A stretch of DNA of 56,819 nt, the filler included, from Sphacelaria rigidula (lineage: Eukaryota): NCBI GenBank assembly GCA_964200075.2. It is 7 parts of 7 records of this genome, joined end to end, with 100 filler letters (N's around TTAATTAATTAA, not from the genome) between each part and the next. Parts side by side here need not be neighbours in the genome. Positions count along the whole stretch, not along the records: positions 24,396 to 32,426 come from CAXNAA020012572.1; positions 32,527 to 40,557 come from CAXNAA020012573.1; 5 more parts are not named here. One strand, written 5' to 3'. Shown one piece after another: positions 26,208 through 38,501 of the stretch; the first letter of the stretch is position 1; the number at the start of each line of letters is the position of its first letter. The notes under the pieces are model-generated. The model was not told the origin of the DNA. It ran no database searches and saw nothing but the letters and a program-made list of their open reading frames with translations. A program made the translations under genes and the position numbers.

Positions 26208-29200
26208 TAGAATATTTGGGCCTCACGAGCGCGCAGCATACTTCGTAGGGAGGCGTCCACCGACATTGATGCTGATTTTGTGTGCAAGTTCCTCCGCGCC
26301 CGCCCCGGGGGATGACTGTTCGGGCGAACGCCAATGCTAGGTGTCCAGCCAACGTATTTCGTGCTACATGTAGTGTGCGTGTGAGCGGAAAGTCCATACG
26401 CCCGCGTTCGCGACCCTTCGAACAAGCGTGATCGCGGTGGTTGGTGCTGCAATATTTCGGCGGGCGTTCATGACCGCCCGGGAGTCCAGAAGGAACACGC
26501 GGTCGTCGCAATGCTGTTGAGCAGAGGGTCGCTCAACCGCACCGGCGTGCGGTCGGCACGGGAGCCGGTTCTGCGCGCGGTCACGTGTGCGCATCGCTGT
26601 CTCAAACTCGAGGATTCCGGTATATCCGACTGCAGCTGTACTAGTAGTTCATGTCGCACGCTGCAAGACCGTTCCCCATAGACTTTACCGCATACCACGG
26701 TTCAAATTTTTCTCCGCCGCCCTGTGCCCCACTATCTGCAACATTGCAGTGTATTAAGCCCCGTGATCAAATCCCCATACCATCTTCAGGTTGTTTCGGG
26801 CGCAATCGACTGCAGTCGTCTTGGCAGTTCACATCGCACGCTGCAAGACCGTTCCCCATAGAATTTCATACCATGGCTGAACTATTCTCCGCCACCCTGT
26901 TCCCCACTATGTGCAATAGTATAGTTACGGTTTATTACACAGAAATGTCGAGTTTGAGATATTGTACCTCCTATCACGTACACGAAGCACCGCACCGCTG
27001 TCTGTACTGCCTCCACTTTCCTGTTTTTTCTGTACTATAACTGTATCAAGCTGGATAACAATCTGATACCCATACCATTTTCAGATTGTTCCGGGCGCAA
27101 TCGATGGCGGCATCTTTCATAGCGCAGAATGCGGTAGCATGCGGATCGCATGCCGATGCGGTGGGTCGAGGTCCTCTGTAAATTATCACGGTTCAGCGAA
27201 GAATTCTCCAACAATATCTTACAAGTACACCCTTCTGTTCGCCTTCGCCCATTGTCTGCCCATCATAAGTCTGGGGTCCGAATGCAGATATCTTCCGCGA
27301 TTTCGTGTACTCGTACTGAGCCTCGTGCGCTGAAGGTGCAAAAAATGGAGAGGGGCGCATGTTTTTTCAAAGATACGCTTTGTAGCACAGCACAAGCAAA
27401 TCACGAGCACTCCTGCAGTGAGACACGGACACCGAAAAATGCACACCCTGGACACTGGAATACAGTCAAAAACTGTGCTGCGTACAGTATCGACTATTCG
27501 CCTATTGCGACAGACAATAGGTTCCATACTGCACGCAGTACATTTGTTTACAATAGAATCTGTTGTCCGGGGTGTGGAAAAATGCAGAGATTAAGACTTA
27601 TGGCTGGACGCAGACGGAGATTGAGGATGACAGCAAGTTCTGGGTTCCCAGCATATATGACTGCGAACTATGTCGAGTCTCACGGCGATAACAGCACGTG
27701 CCCCTATATTTACTTATTTTACAGTACAGTACAGAAGCACAGGCAGAAAATGTAACGTGTACGTGGTGCTCTGGACTGGTGTTGTGCCAGTGCGAATGGG
27801 AACAAACAATGGATGGGCAGCTGCAGACGTGGAGCCGTGTCTGTCACAGACAGTGATATACAAGAAAAACGGTATGGCACCAAGTAAGATATTCGTGTGT
27901 GGGTAGTTATGTCAAAATCTTGACGAGCTGCTGTACACTCGTTCACACTCTGGGCAATGGACACAATAAAAGTCGCTTGCTTCAGCGATAGACGCGGGGG
28001 AAAATCGATCGATAAATATTATCGAACACGATAGATGATTAAACATATGTATTGATATGTATTGCAAGGAACAATATATGTTGCAGTAGTCGATCGATAG
28101 CTCATGACAATTACAATAGATAAATATCACTCGCAATCGATGGACATCGTGTACCTCATTCTGGAATATATCTATCGATAGCCATTACCGTAATCAATAG
28201 GTTTGGTGAGCCATCCATCGATAGTCATTGCCGTCAATAACAGATTTGGTGTGCCGTCTATCGCTAGCCTCTGCCGCCAACGATGCATTTTTTGGTATCC
28301 ATCAATATAGGCATTGCCGTCAACAATTGAAAGTTCTCGGGAGTACCTATCGATAGCCAATGACGCCGACGATAACACACCGTGCAATAAATCATTACCA
28401 AAGACAACAGCAGCTGATGTGACAGAAAATGTCCGCTTTTGCAGGTGCTTTCTCAAGTCGACCCAAACTTGCTGTGTCTACATCCACAGACCCTTCGCAA
28501 TACACACGCGTAAACAAGTCAATATGCCATGTCCGTAGCGCCCCATCGAATACGACGGGGGTTAAGAGAGCTGCGCGCGCCCACCCTTATGCCCGTGAGT
28601 GAAGGCCCTAGCGACTAGAAATCCGTGGGCAAAAAGCAATTAAAAAAAACGCGGAGGAATAATAAAGACGTCATGGACTAGTCCTACCTGCGGCAAACCT
28701 CTGCTGAACGGAACACACGCTCCATCCCAAGTTACCTAGGTTAAGTATGCGACAGCCGTAATTTTTTCATCGCCTCATTCTCGACAAAGGAAGCAAATTA
28801 GCCTGTGGCTCTTCACACCCTCCCGCACAGACACTAGATCTGGGGACGATAGGAGCCGATTGGACCAATTCGCCACAGCGGACCGGAAAAGCTCGACAGC
28901 GTTGAAGGAAACGCGTTTTCAAGTTCATATGGGGTTTGGTGCAGCAGTTTGCTGAGTGCTGCCTCCTCTGCAGTGCGCGTTCCGGAAATCCGACGCTCCA
29001 TTCGCTAGTTCTGGTGTATGGAAAGCGCACGCATCAAACCTCAGTCCAACCCTCTGCTTCGTTGCCGACTTAGCCGCGTTGAAAAATAGGCATACCAACA
29101 ACACGAGCAGCAGCTTCTATCCTCCTGTTGTTATAACCCCGTGCACAGGTGTACAGGTGTACAGCATGGTCAGCCACAGGTTTGTTGTAGAATATACAAC

Positions 29201-29390
29201 AGTATATTTTGTATGAGCGTGGTCGTCGTTTCGGCTGACGCGTGTACTTGTGATTGATACCGACTTGCTCACTTAGGTTTTATCTCTTTAGCATTCAACT
29301 GGCTGTGTAGTTGGTCGGTCCATTTTCCCGATATTTAGTGCCCGAAATCGGGCCCCATCCACGGGGATAACTGTGTTTTGTCTTGTTGAA

Positions 29391-29582
29391 AATAATGACA
29401 CTAGACAGCCACACCGCAGTGATGAAAACGATAGTGCAGCGCATCATTTCTTGCCAGTAGGAGAGTGCAGTTAGTACAGACAAGCAGGCGTGCAAATAAT
29501 GACACTCGACAGCCACACCGCAGTAATGAAAACGATAGTGCAGTACATCATTTCTTGCCAGCAGGAGAGTGCAGTTGGTGCA
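29391..29582. repeat. Tandem duplication, 104-bp period
   Basis: aataatgacact.gacagccacaccgcagt.atgaaaacgatagtgcag..catcatttcttgccag.aggagagtgcagtt occurs at 29391 and 29495. Confidence 0.9.
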
Positions 29583-32426
29583 TTAGTGCACAAACAAAAC
29601 ATTTAATCTTTTCGATAGTAATTTCGAGCAATGTTTTGATACACAGATCCAGGGGAGGTGTGCGGTAGTCTTCGATTGTCGATAGCGAGTCACGTAGACT
29701 CCAAAAATCACGCTATGAAAGACATGGCGGTGTACAGCTTGTACGGCCATTCCAGATATCCACCCCTAGTACCAAAACATCAACTGTGCCTAGCGGTAGA
29801 TTCTGTAGCCCAGGATACTTTTTTGGCATCCTGGAACAAATCACTAGACTCTGGAGATGCCGAGCACAAGGATATTTGAGGTGATATTTCATGAGACCTT
29901 CGCCAGAGGCTGCATTGATGCCCTTTCTACTCATGTGTGCGGGGACCGTAGAGGTTCTCTGCAGACGTCTCCGGCCTCACGAGAGCTGCAGACAGCAAAA
30001 TATTTTGGGAGAAGATGCACACACTTGTGATCCTGATCCATATGTCGTCGTCGTTCTGACTTATATCGTCATTATCCACGGGGTTTGCAACTAGAGTGTT
30101 CTTGTCTGGGAATGTTGAGCTCGGCAGCGTCGGGAAACGTGAATGAAACCTCAACAACCTTTGAAACCAAAGTCAGCGACGGCGAGGCGGGGGTGAAGTA
30201 CGGAGTGTCAAACCCTCTCCTCGTCGATGGATGGAGTTCTTGCTCATACGTCTGTCAGCCTGACGAGTCCCGCCACCGCCCGACGTCTTGGTCGTCGTCG
30301 CGGCGTGAAGCGCACAGAGGAGTGGAGTACACGGGCTGCAGTTTCGGGATATGACTTGTACGTTTGGCATGTACAGCACAGCAAAGCACGGTATTGTGGA
30401 ACAACACCACACATAGTTCGTGTAGCTTCTGGGTGCAGTGGTCCAGTACTATGAACGAGCGACCGACTGTTCGAGGGTAGTGCAAGGCACCCTACCAGCT
30501 ACAGGACGGGAGTCACTCTCCCAATTCTCAGGAATGCTCATCGTGGGCGAGGCCTGGGGGGGCATAGGCCCGTGTTGAGGTGGGGTCACCCCACACGCTA
30601 CGGACAACAGCGTTAGAACATACTGAACAATGATGGGCCTCTTCAACCCCAGGCCGGAAGTCATCGTTCTGGACAAGTTCATTTCATTATAGGTCGGGCG
30701 TGGAAGGGGGTATCGCAGTTTTCAGGGAGGGGGCACCTTCCAGATACCATGGATAATGGCGATAGTGAGTAAAAGTGAGTATTGTACAGAAACAACTGTA
30801 CGATACAATCAACTTGAGCACCATCAGTGCTATACACAATACGGGTACTATGAATGTTTCTGGAGTACCGCACAAACGCCGAGTCAAAACGCAAGCATTA
30901 CCGCAGAGCTAGAGAATCCCGTTGCGATCTGATAGACATTATTTTTTTTTGGTAGTGTGTTCGGGTTTGATCAACAACCTTGTGACACAATTCGCTTTCC
31001 CCTGCTGTACACTGTGCAGTATCGCATACGAAGATTGGGTGTGCATGCAGTACGGCTGCCCAGAGGCAAGCGAAACTCATCACCTGTCATGGTGAGATCA
31101 GAACCATATCATGCCGGTTGGTATTGCACTGTGTTCCTCACATGTGACATTTTAACTGCAGAGTCCACTACTAACATGGTAGGTGCAGTTGTATCACTGA
31201 CGACGACGATCGGGCATTGGTCTGCTCCTGCTGCTTTGGGCACGTGGCGCACCGCAGAGTGAACGATTAGCCTTTTCAGCCACAGGCCTCGTTTCGGTAC
31301 AATATTTCGGCTAAAACTTCCGCGGGGTTTGGGCAACCATGCACTATAGGCTCAAACACGATGGATTCAAGACAGCACTAGCGCTGTACTACATGCATTG
31401 GATGTAAATATCAGTTTGCGTAGAGTAGTTCAGCGGTCTACCGACAAAGGATACTGCCAACGTGGTGCATGCGGCGGCGCAAAGGAGATGATGACAAATA
31501 TTAACCCCAAAACCTTTGGCCAGGGGCCATCGGGGCCATCGCCTGCTCGTGTACTACTCGGGCGATGTGATATCGGACGAGGCGGTGACAGTCAACCACT
31601 GAGGGCCGCCTCTGGAAAATACAGAACAAGACAACGGGCGATGTTTTTCGTCATCGCTCTCATCTACTCCAACTTGCACTAGGGACTATCCTCAAGCACT
31701 TGCACAGAAGGCCGCGGCTGCACTGTTATCAGCGAAGGGGAAGTGGGCGAATGTGATGCTGGACGAACGTTACGAATCTGTGCTCGATTCCTGCTTCACT
31801 ACCGATGTTATGCCATATTCAGATAACAAGTAATGTATTCTTCCGTGGTTATATTGATTTGAGTGTAATCATACATGAGACCTGCGGCGGCAAAATGTTA
31901 CAGCACAACATGCGAAGGCAGACTTCAATCAGGCTCATCGCGCGAGTCGAGGGCCATAATCTAGCGGTCAAATCGCCTCCTCCCCCAGTCGCCCAGTAGC
32001 CTGACACACAAAATCTATTAGGCGATCTCTGGGTTGTGAACTCGTCGTTCAACTGTGGATGCTAGTCGAGAAACAGGGAAAAAATCCTGCCGAAACGTTT
32101 CCTCGTTCCGGACAGCGTGCGAGGGGGAGGGGTGAGGGGCGTCCTCATTTTTCGCTTGCCTCATACGACCACTGACCCCGCATTCCTTGCGAAACGGAGC
32201 AACGTTTCTACTCCGAAAATAGACAACTCTAACAGTCGGGCGATATTATTCATACGTTACACAAAACCTTCTTCATATCTTACATCCTCCTTGTTTCACC
32301 GTGTGCGGCGACCATCAATCTCCTAGTAGCGATCGCTTTCTCGCTACTATCTCATAACAGCCTGGATTCGTTATTGAGGTTCAACATTTTGATGAGTTTC
32401 AGCTCGAAAACAGTGCTTTCCCTGAC

Positions 32427-32526
32427 NNNNNNNNNNNNNNNNNNNNNNNNNNNNNNNNNNNNNNNNNNNNTTAATTAATTAANNNNNNNNNNNNNNNNNN
32501 NNNNNNNNNNNNNNNNNNNNNNNNNN
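32427..32526. other. Artificial 100-bp contig linker
   Basis: Same N44-TTAATTAATTAA-N44 structure. Confidence 0.97.
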
Positions 32527-32545
32527 TCTGACCCTGTTACGAAAC

Positions 32546-32646
32546 GGCCCATTATACGGCCAATACTTGGAGTTGGACCCTGAAATTTGGTGGGGACCAT
32601 ACCAAATTTCAGGGTCCAGCTCCAAGTATTGGCCGTATAATGGGCC
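32546..32646. repeat. Near-perfect 46-bp-stem hairpin
   Basis: ggcccattatacggccaatacttggagttggaccctgaaatttggt - ggggaccat - accaaatttcagggtccagctccaagtattggccgtataatgggcc; the only non-Watson-Crick position is a U.G pair. Confidence 0.92.
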
Positions 32647-32867
32647 TGCAAACTGCAGAATCGCTTCTCGGCTGGCCCAGCTCGTACCACGTTGGCCTTA
32701 CACACACAGATCCGGCTATGCCACGCTCTTCAGCTGTCCATGGCGGTCAGTATGACATCATGTATACGACTACTGGGTAGGTATTGCGAAAGGCATTTGC
32801 TGATGACACGATTTTGGATAATAAGCATGAACCAGCCTGTATTATATAATATCCACACCCTCTTGGT

Positions 32868-33273
32868 TAGAGCTCGGAAATGGTTTGTCTAACCATTAAC
32901 CAGTTGAATGGTTACGCGTAGCGCACTTATTAACAAGATAAATGGTACATAATGGTTTGGTCATTGAGCGGTGCAGCCGCAAGCCAAAAAGCCACCCCCC
33001 CGGCAGAGTGGATCCCGTCGGAGGGCCCCGCTGAAGTCGCCGTGCGGGAGGCACGTTTCAATGCGAGTTAGCTTCACTAGAGCTAAAATATACGATAAAT
33101 TTGGACCATTTTTCAAGGGCTGTATGTAGCATACGTAGCCGGCAACGGCTTATAAAGCCGGTAACGGTAAATAATGGTTTGAAACCATTATCCATTTTAT
33201 TCATATAACCATTACCATTTTTACCATTATGATGATGACGGCCAGTTATAACTGGTACCATTTCCGAGCTCTA
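32868..33273. mobile_element. hAT-type MITE (406 bp)
   Basis: Perfect 17-bp TIR tagagctcggaaatggt / accatttccgagctcta. 8-bp flanks ctcttggt / ctcttaat (6/8, decayed TSD). Many accatt/aatggt subterminal motifs. Confidence 0.85.
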
Positions 33274-33922
33274 CTCTTAATACTACAGACTCTTCGAGTC
33301 AAGCTCTTCGCTATTTTTGACGTTAACGGTTCGATCTGTCCATTCATCTACGCATACGTTTGAACCCGTTCGTACTGCCTGTTTCTTTCTGTACTTACGT
33401 TGCTATCCATGCTGAACCGTAACGTATTCTACCGCTAAACTGTAGATAGATATGAGATATGAAATGGATATCTTACCAACACATTGGATTGATTCAGAGG
33501 AGGGACTTCGCGGTGAAAAGCAATACTCGTCCGTGATTTATGAGGTACCGGTTAGTGCTTACGACCTGTAGTCTGGGTATGAAGCCACCCTTTGAAGGTG
33601 ATACTTCCTGCTCCGTGCAGCTTAATGGTCCAAGTGAAGTGTAGCTTTCGTTACTGCCGCAAAGTGTCGTCAGGGTTGTTCAACTGAGCTTCTTGGTTTG
33701 TTTGTGCATATCGTCGCTTCAAATGACCTTCTCTGGCTCCGGACTATCCATCGTGTATTCAACACGGTATCATGTGCGACCTTTTTGGGGTTTTGTAGGT
33801 ATTCGGCCGCCATCCGTCACTAAGACAGAACGGGTGTGTAGGCAAGAGCAGTGTGTTGCAGATGTGTAACAGCCGGGCATCCAGGCGCATTTTGAAGCTG
33901 TATGTCCGTTTCCCCGCCACAG

Positions 33923-34003
33923 GTGCCGTCTATGTGTCTTCCAGCGACGTCATCATCGATGGCGATATGACTTTCGCCAACAATACTGCAAAAAGTCTTG
34001 GAG
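33923..34003 (+). CDS. Internal exon A of a Pmp/adhesin-like beta-helix repeat protein: (G)AVYVSSSDVIIDGDMTFANNTAKSLG(G)
   Basis: tttccccgccacag| 81 nt, phase 1-1, open frame |gtgaga; forms the GGA(V/I/L) and FxNN motifs when spliced. Confidence 0.8.
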
Positions 34004-34737
34004 GTGAGACATGACGTGTTCCTAGGCGCATTCAGCATGCAGCAATGCGGTTATTGACGGCAAAACGCAATTACTGCGGAATCTTCATCGTGGAAGTTGT
34101 TGATGAACCCTTGTGACGATATCGTGAACATGTAATAGTACGGAGCACCCCATGAAACCACCATAACGCCACGGGACCACGCGCTAGATGGCGACAGGCT
34201 TTGTATGGTTGAAAATCCCGCCGAGTAGTCAAAGAGTGTACGTACCATTGTAGATACGTACATGTGTCGGTGGTTGTGCGTTGTTGTGGGGAATTGGATC
34301 GTAGTGCCGTTTCCATACATTGTATATGTAGGGAGCGGGAGGGATATGGAAAATCTTGGAAGGATTTGCTGAGGACGCTTTTTACAGTCAGGGAACGGCT
34401 TCTCTGAGAACTGTCTCTTTGAGTCTTTTATCGCGGACTTTGGGTTGAATACGGGGCTTGGCGGAGTAGGCCTCCTCTGGAAGATATGCTCCGCTTTCCG
34501 ATAGGATTATTGCGCATTTTTCCGTCTTTCGGTCGCCCAGCTCTACTTTTGGCCGGATTGCCGAATTTCTCAGTTGCCCCAAACATTTTCAGTTGTCGAG
34601 GGACAGCACGTGTTATATTCGAGAGTTTTGGGGCGACTGACAAATCAGGAATCCGGCCAAAAGTTAAACTGGGCGTATGGAAAATCGGGAATGAGCGCTA
34701 GAATCCTCTTGGAAAGCGTGCCAAATCCTTCAGAGTA

Positions 34738-35095
34738 GCCCCGGTGGCTCAGTCGGTAACCTCGAAACCTTCTGACGATTGGGTCGTGGGTTCGATTCTC
34801 GGAGCGACCTGGGATTTTTTCTCTCGCCATACCCAACAGTGCTGAGCGACCATGTCTGGGGTACACAAAATTCGACTTGGCGGTCTACGAGGGAAAGGAA
34901 CTACTGAACCCCACTCGAGATAAAAAAATACAGGGAAGCACCGCAGAAGGAAGGTGGGGGGTACTTGAAGCAAATAGAAAAGAAAACGTTCCTGTGTTGA
35001 CAGTCCTCCTGTGTGACCCCGACTGGTGCGCCCACATATACCGAAAGGTGTAGACCGGCGCGCAGAAAAGATGGGGCAACAACACACACACAACA
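34738..35095 (+). mobile_element. tRNA-derived SINE (complete head, body and CA-rich tail)
   Basis: Head gccccggtggctcagtcggt (A box) ... gggttcgattc (B box); body shared with 24440-24665; ends acaacacacacacaac. Confidence 0.8.
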
Positions 35096-36021
35096 GGCAC
35101 TATCCGCCAAGGCCCGTCTTCCGCCAAAACTCCGCGATGAAATGCATATGAAGGGCAGTTCTCACGAAGTCCGTTTTCTGACTATTAAAGGCGACCTGAG
35201 TATGTGTGATAGTACAGTTGTGGAAGATACCGCTTGGACCACTGCCATTCGTCAATCTCACATACCGAAGTGCAATGCATCGAAGGCTTCTATGTTGATT
35301 CCAATGATAGCATACTCCATGCAGCCCACACGTGAGAGTGCAGCAGGCCACGACTTGGGACAAACATCTTGAATGTAGCGTTCTGTGGAAAGCCGCAGGA
35401 ACGGCAGCGGAGATTCCTTCATGTTTTGGCCGCAGCCAAGCCATTCCACAGGGATATTGCGGACTCGGCGTATTTGGCCCTCACCTGTAGTCGAAGCGAC
35501 AAGTCTGCCAGCTAGTTTGGATGCGGGATCGCACCCGAAGGAGAAATCGCAGGGAAAACGTTTACGAGGGCTGAAGCACCTCTCCTTGCGCTTTGATGTC
35601 ATGCTTGATGCTGCTTTCAGGAGAGGGCTGTGCATCATGACGAAGTATCTCGTTTCGAACGTGATATCCCATTGCATGACGCCGTTCGCCGTTAAAATGA
35701 CGTTCAAAAGAGACTTTGTGCAGCATTCGGTGAATGGGGCTACGCCATCATCTCCCACGCGGTCTTTCGCGGAGCTCCGAGTCATTCACCGTGTTTTCAA
35801 CGCGGTATCATTTGCAACCCTTCGTTTTTGTTTCGGTATTCGGCGGCCATCCGTCACTAAGATAGAACGGGTGTGCAGGTCAGAGCATCGAGAGGCAAGA
35901 AGACTGTCGTCGTGGAGTATCCCACCTCACGCGGCTCATTCTAGCTGGTGTGTGTTGCAGATGTGTAACAGCCGGGCACCCAGGCGCATTTTGAAGCTGT
36001 TTGTCCGTTTCCCCGCCGCAG

Positions 36022-36099
36022 GTGCTATCTGTGTACTTGACAGCGACGTCACCATCGACGGTGATATGACTCTCGCCTCCAACGCTGCTATATTTTCAG
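36022..36099 (+). CDS. Internal exon B of the Pmp-like repeat protein: (G)AICVLDSDVTIDGDMTLASNAAIFS(G)
   Basis: tttccccgccgcag| 78 nt, phase 1-1, open |gtgaga; one codon shorter, frame preserved. Confidence 0.75.
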
Positions 36100-37639
36100 G
36101 TGAGACACGATGTGTTCCTAGGCACATTCAGCATGCAGTGTTCGAAACTTTATACGCAGCTTATGATTGGGCTGTTTTTTCCGTGTTCTGGGTTTCGGCC
36201 ATATAGCAAATAGTGGTACACCGTATGGCGGATTTCAACAGGGCGACGAACCATGCACTGTGGTGCCGTTCATTGGCATGTTTGATGTAGATATCTTTCC
36301 ACGTGTAGCCACATTAGGACATAGGATACTAAAGTAATAAGTGTGCGGCCACGGTTTGTTATACAGTAGTGTGCCGTATCAAGGTGGGAAGATCATGTAG
36401 CTTGCAGTAAATATAGTCCACGAGCTGGCAAGACTGACACGTTAGCAGTGTTGAATCGAGGACATCATTTAGTCTTACGCACGAGTGGGGGTTTTGTTTT
36501 TGTTCCAGTGTTGAGGATGCTTGGACTCAGCCACCTCGACCCCCAACGTAACCCGTCTCCTTTGTTCCTCTTCGCTCTGCTTTAAAAAGAGACTGTGCTT
36601 CTTATTCTGTGTTGGCTGCGTAAGACCTCGTTCAAACCATCTGTTCGTTTTCATCTTCAACTGCAGAAGCAAGTGGACTAAGCACCACGGTGCAACCACT
36701 GCCATACACTACTGTCCGCGCGACGGTAGTCGGTTTGTCTCGAGGACGATACGACACAACACGAGCCAATATTTCTAATATGCAGCAATGTCGCCATCGA
36801 CGGCAAAACGATATTACTGCCAACCCGTCATAGTGGAAGTTGTTGATGAACACTTGTGGCGATATCCTAAACATAAAGTTGTACGGGGCAGCTCATTAAA
36901 CCACCAGAACGTCACGAGACCACGCGCTGGGCGACAACAGGCTTCGTATGGTTGAAACCCCACCGAGTAGTCCAAGAGTGTATGTATCGTTGTAGACACG
37001 TAGGTGTGTCGATTGTTGTGCGTTGTTGTGAGGAATTGGATCGTAGTGCCGTTCCATGTTTTCGCCAAACTCATGCGAGTCATGATTGCTGTGTCGGCCT
37101 CCAGTTTCCCGTCAGCACTGAAGATCATTGCACTGGTGTAGAGGGGGTACTTCGTGAACGGCAATACTCGTCCGTGATGTATGAGGCACTGGTTAATGCT
37201 GACAATCTATAATCTGATGCATTCTTGTAGCTATCGACCTACCCTTCGTAGGTGTTATTTGTTGTTCCATGTAGCTATACAGATGAAGTGGGGCTCATGT
37301 TAGGTTACGGCAGCAAAATGCAGTCAGGGTTGTTTAGCTGAGCTTCTCGGTTTGTTTGTGCATGCCGTCGGTTCAAGTCGCCTTTTCAGGCTTGGAACTA
37401 TCCTCCGTGTTTTCAACGCGGTATCATTTGCAACCCTTCGTTCTTGTTTCGGTATCTGGCTGCCATCCGTCACTAAGACAGAAGGGGTGTGCAGGTAACA
37501 GCATCGAGATACATGAAGACTGTCGTCGTGGAGTACTGCACCTCACGCGGCGCATTGCAACTGGTGTGTGTGTTGCAGATGAGTAACAGCCGGGCACCCA
37601 GGCGCATTTTGAAGCTGTATGTCCGTTTCCCCGCCGCAG

Positions 37640-37720
37640 GTGCTATCAGTGTACTTAACAGCAACGTCGCTATCGATGGCGTTATGAGTTTCGCCAACAA
37701 CATTGCAGCATGGTCTGGAG
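37640..37720 (+). CDS. Internal exon C of the Pmp-like repeat protein: (G)AISVLNSNVAIDGVMSFANNIAAWSG(G)
   Basis: tttccccgccgcag| 81 nt, phase 1-1, open |gtgaga. Confidence 0.8.
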
Positions 37721-38420
37721 GTGAGACACATTGTGTTCCTAGGCGCATTCAGCATGCAGCAATTCGGTTATTGACGGCGAGGCGATATTACTGCGGAACC
37801 CTCATCGTGGAAGTTGTTGATGAACACTTGTGGCGATATCCTAGACATAAAATAGTACGGAGCACCTCATGAAACCACCATAACGCCACGGGACCACGCG
37901 CTGGACGGCGTCAGGCTTTGTATGATTGAAAACCCCACCGAGTAGCGAAAAGGTATGTATATCACTGTAGACAAGCATTCAGCTTGTATGCCGACGTCTA
38001 GTCCGCCATAGTACGTTGTATACATGAGGGGTGGGAGGGGTGTGGACAACCCAAGGAATTCCTGAGGCCGCTTCTTATAGTCAGCAAATGGACTCTCTTG
38101 GAAATGGCTCTATGAGCCTTTCATTGCGCATTTTGGGCGGAATACGGGCCTTGGCGGAGTGGACCTCCTCTGACAGTTTTGCTATGCTTTCGAGTAAGGT
38201 TCTAGCGCACTGTTCCGTCTTTCGTGCGCCCAGTTCTACTTTTACCGGATTCCCGCCGATTTTACAACGTGTGTGCAGGTAAGAGTATCGAGAGGCAAGA
38301 AGACTGTCGTCGTGGAGTACCCCACCTCACCGGCGCATTCCAACCGGTGTGTGTGGCACATGTGTAACAGCCGGCCACCCAGGCGCATTTGAATGTTTCG
38401 TGTCCGTTTCCCCGCCGCAG

Positions 38421-38501
38421 GTGCTCTCGATGTATCTTCCAGCGACATCACCATCGATGGCGTTATGAGTTTCGCCAACAACACTGCGGGCCAGACTGGA
38501 G
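38421..38501 (+). CDS. Internal exon D of the Pmp-like repeat protein: (G)ALDVSSSDITIDGVMSFANNTAGQTG(G)
   Basis: tttccccgccgcag| 81 nt, phase 1-1, open |gtgaga. Confidence 0.8.

Noticed and set aside
25380-27105. Short duplications (25380/25515; 26627/26807) as regulatory arrays
   Set aside because: Two-copy diverged local duplications, like those at 29391 and 55370-55720, with no further structure.
34738-34812. Functional tRNA gene
   Set aside because: It has A and B boxes but no proper acceptor or anticodon stems, and it runs into a multi-copy SINE body.
35258-35785. 175-aa minus-strand ORF inside the exon array
   Set aside because: No recognisable motif or splice-consistent model; probably a TE fragment or a chance ORF.
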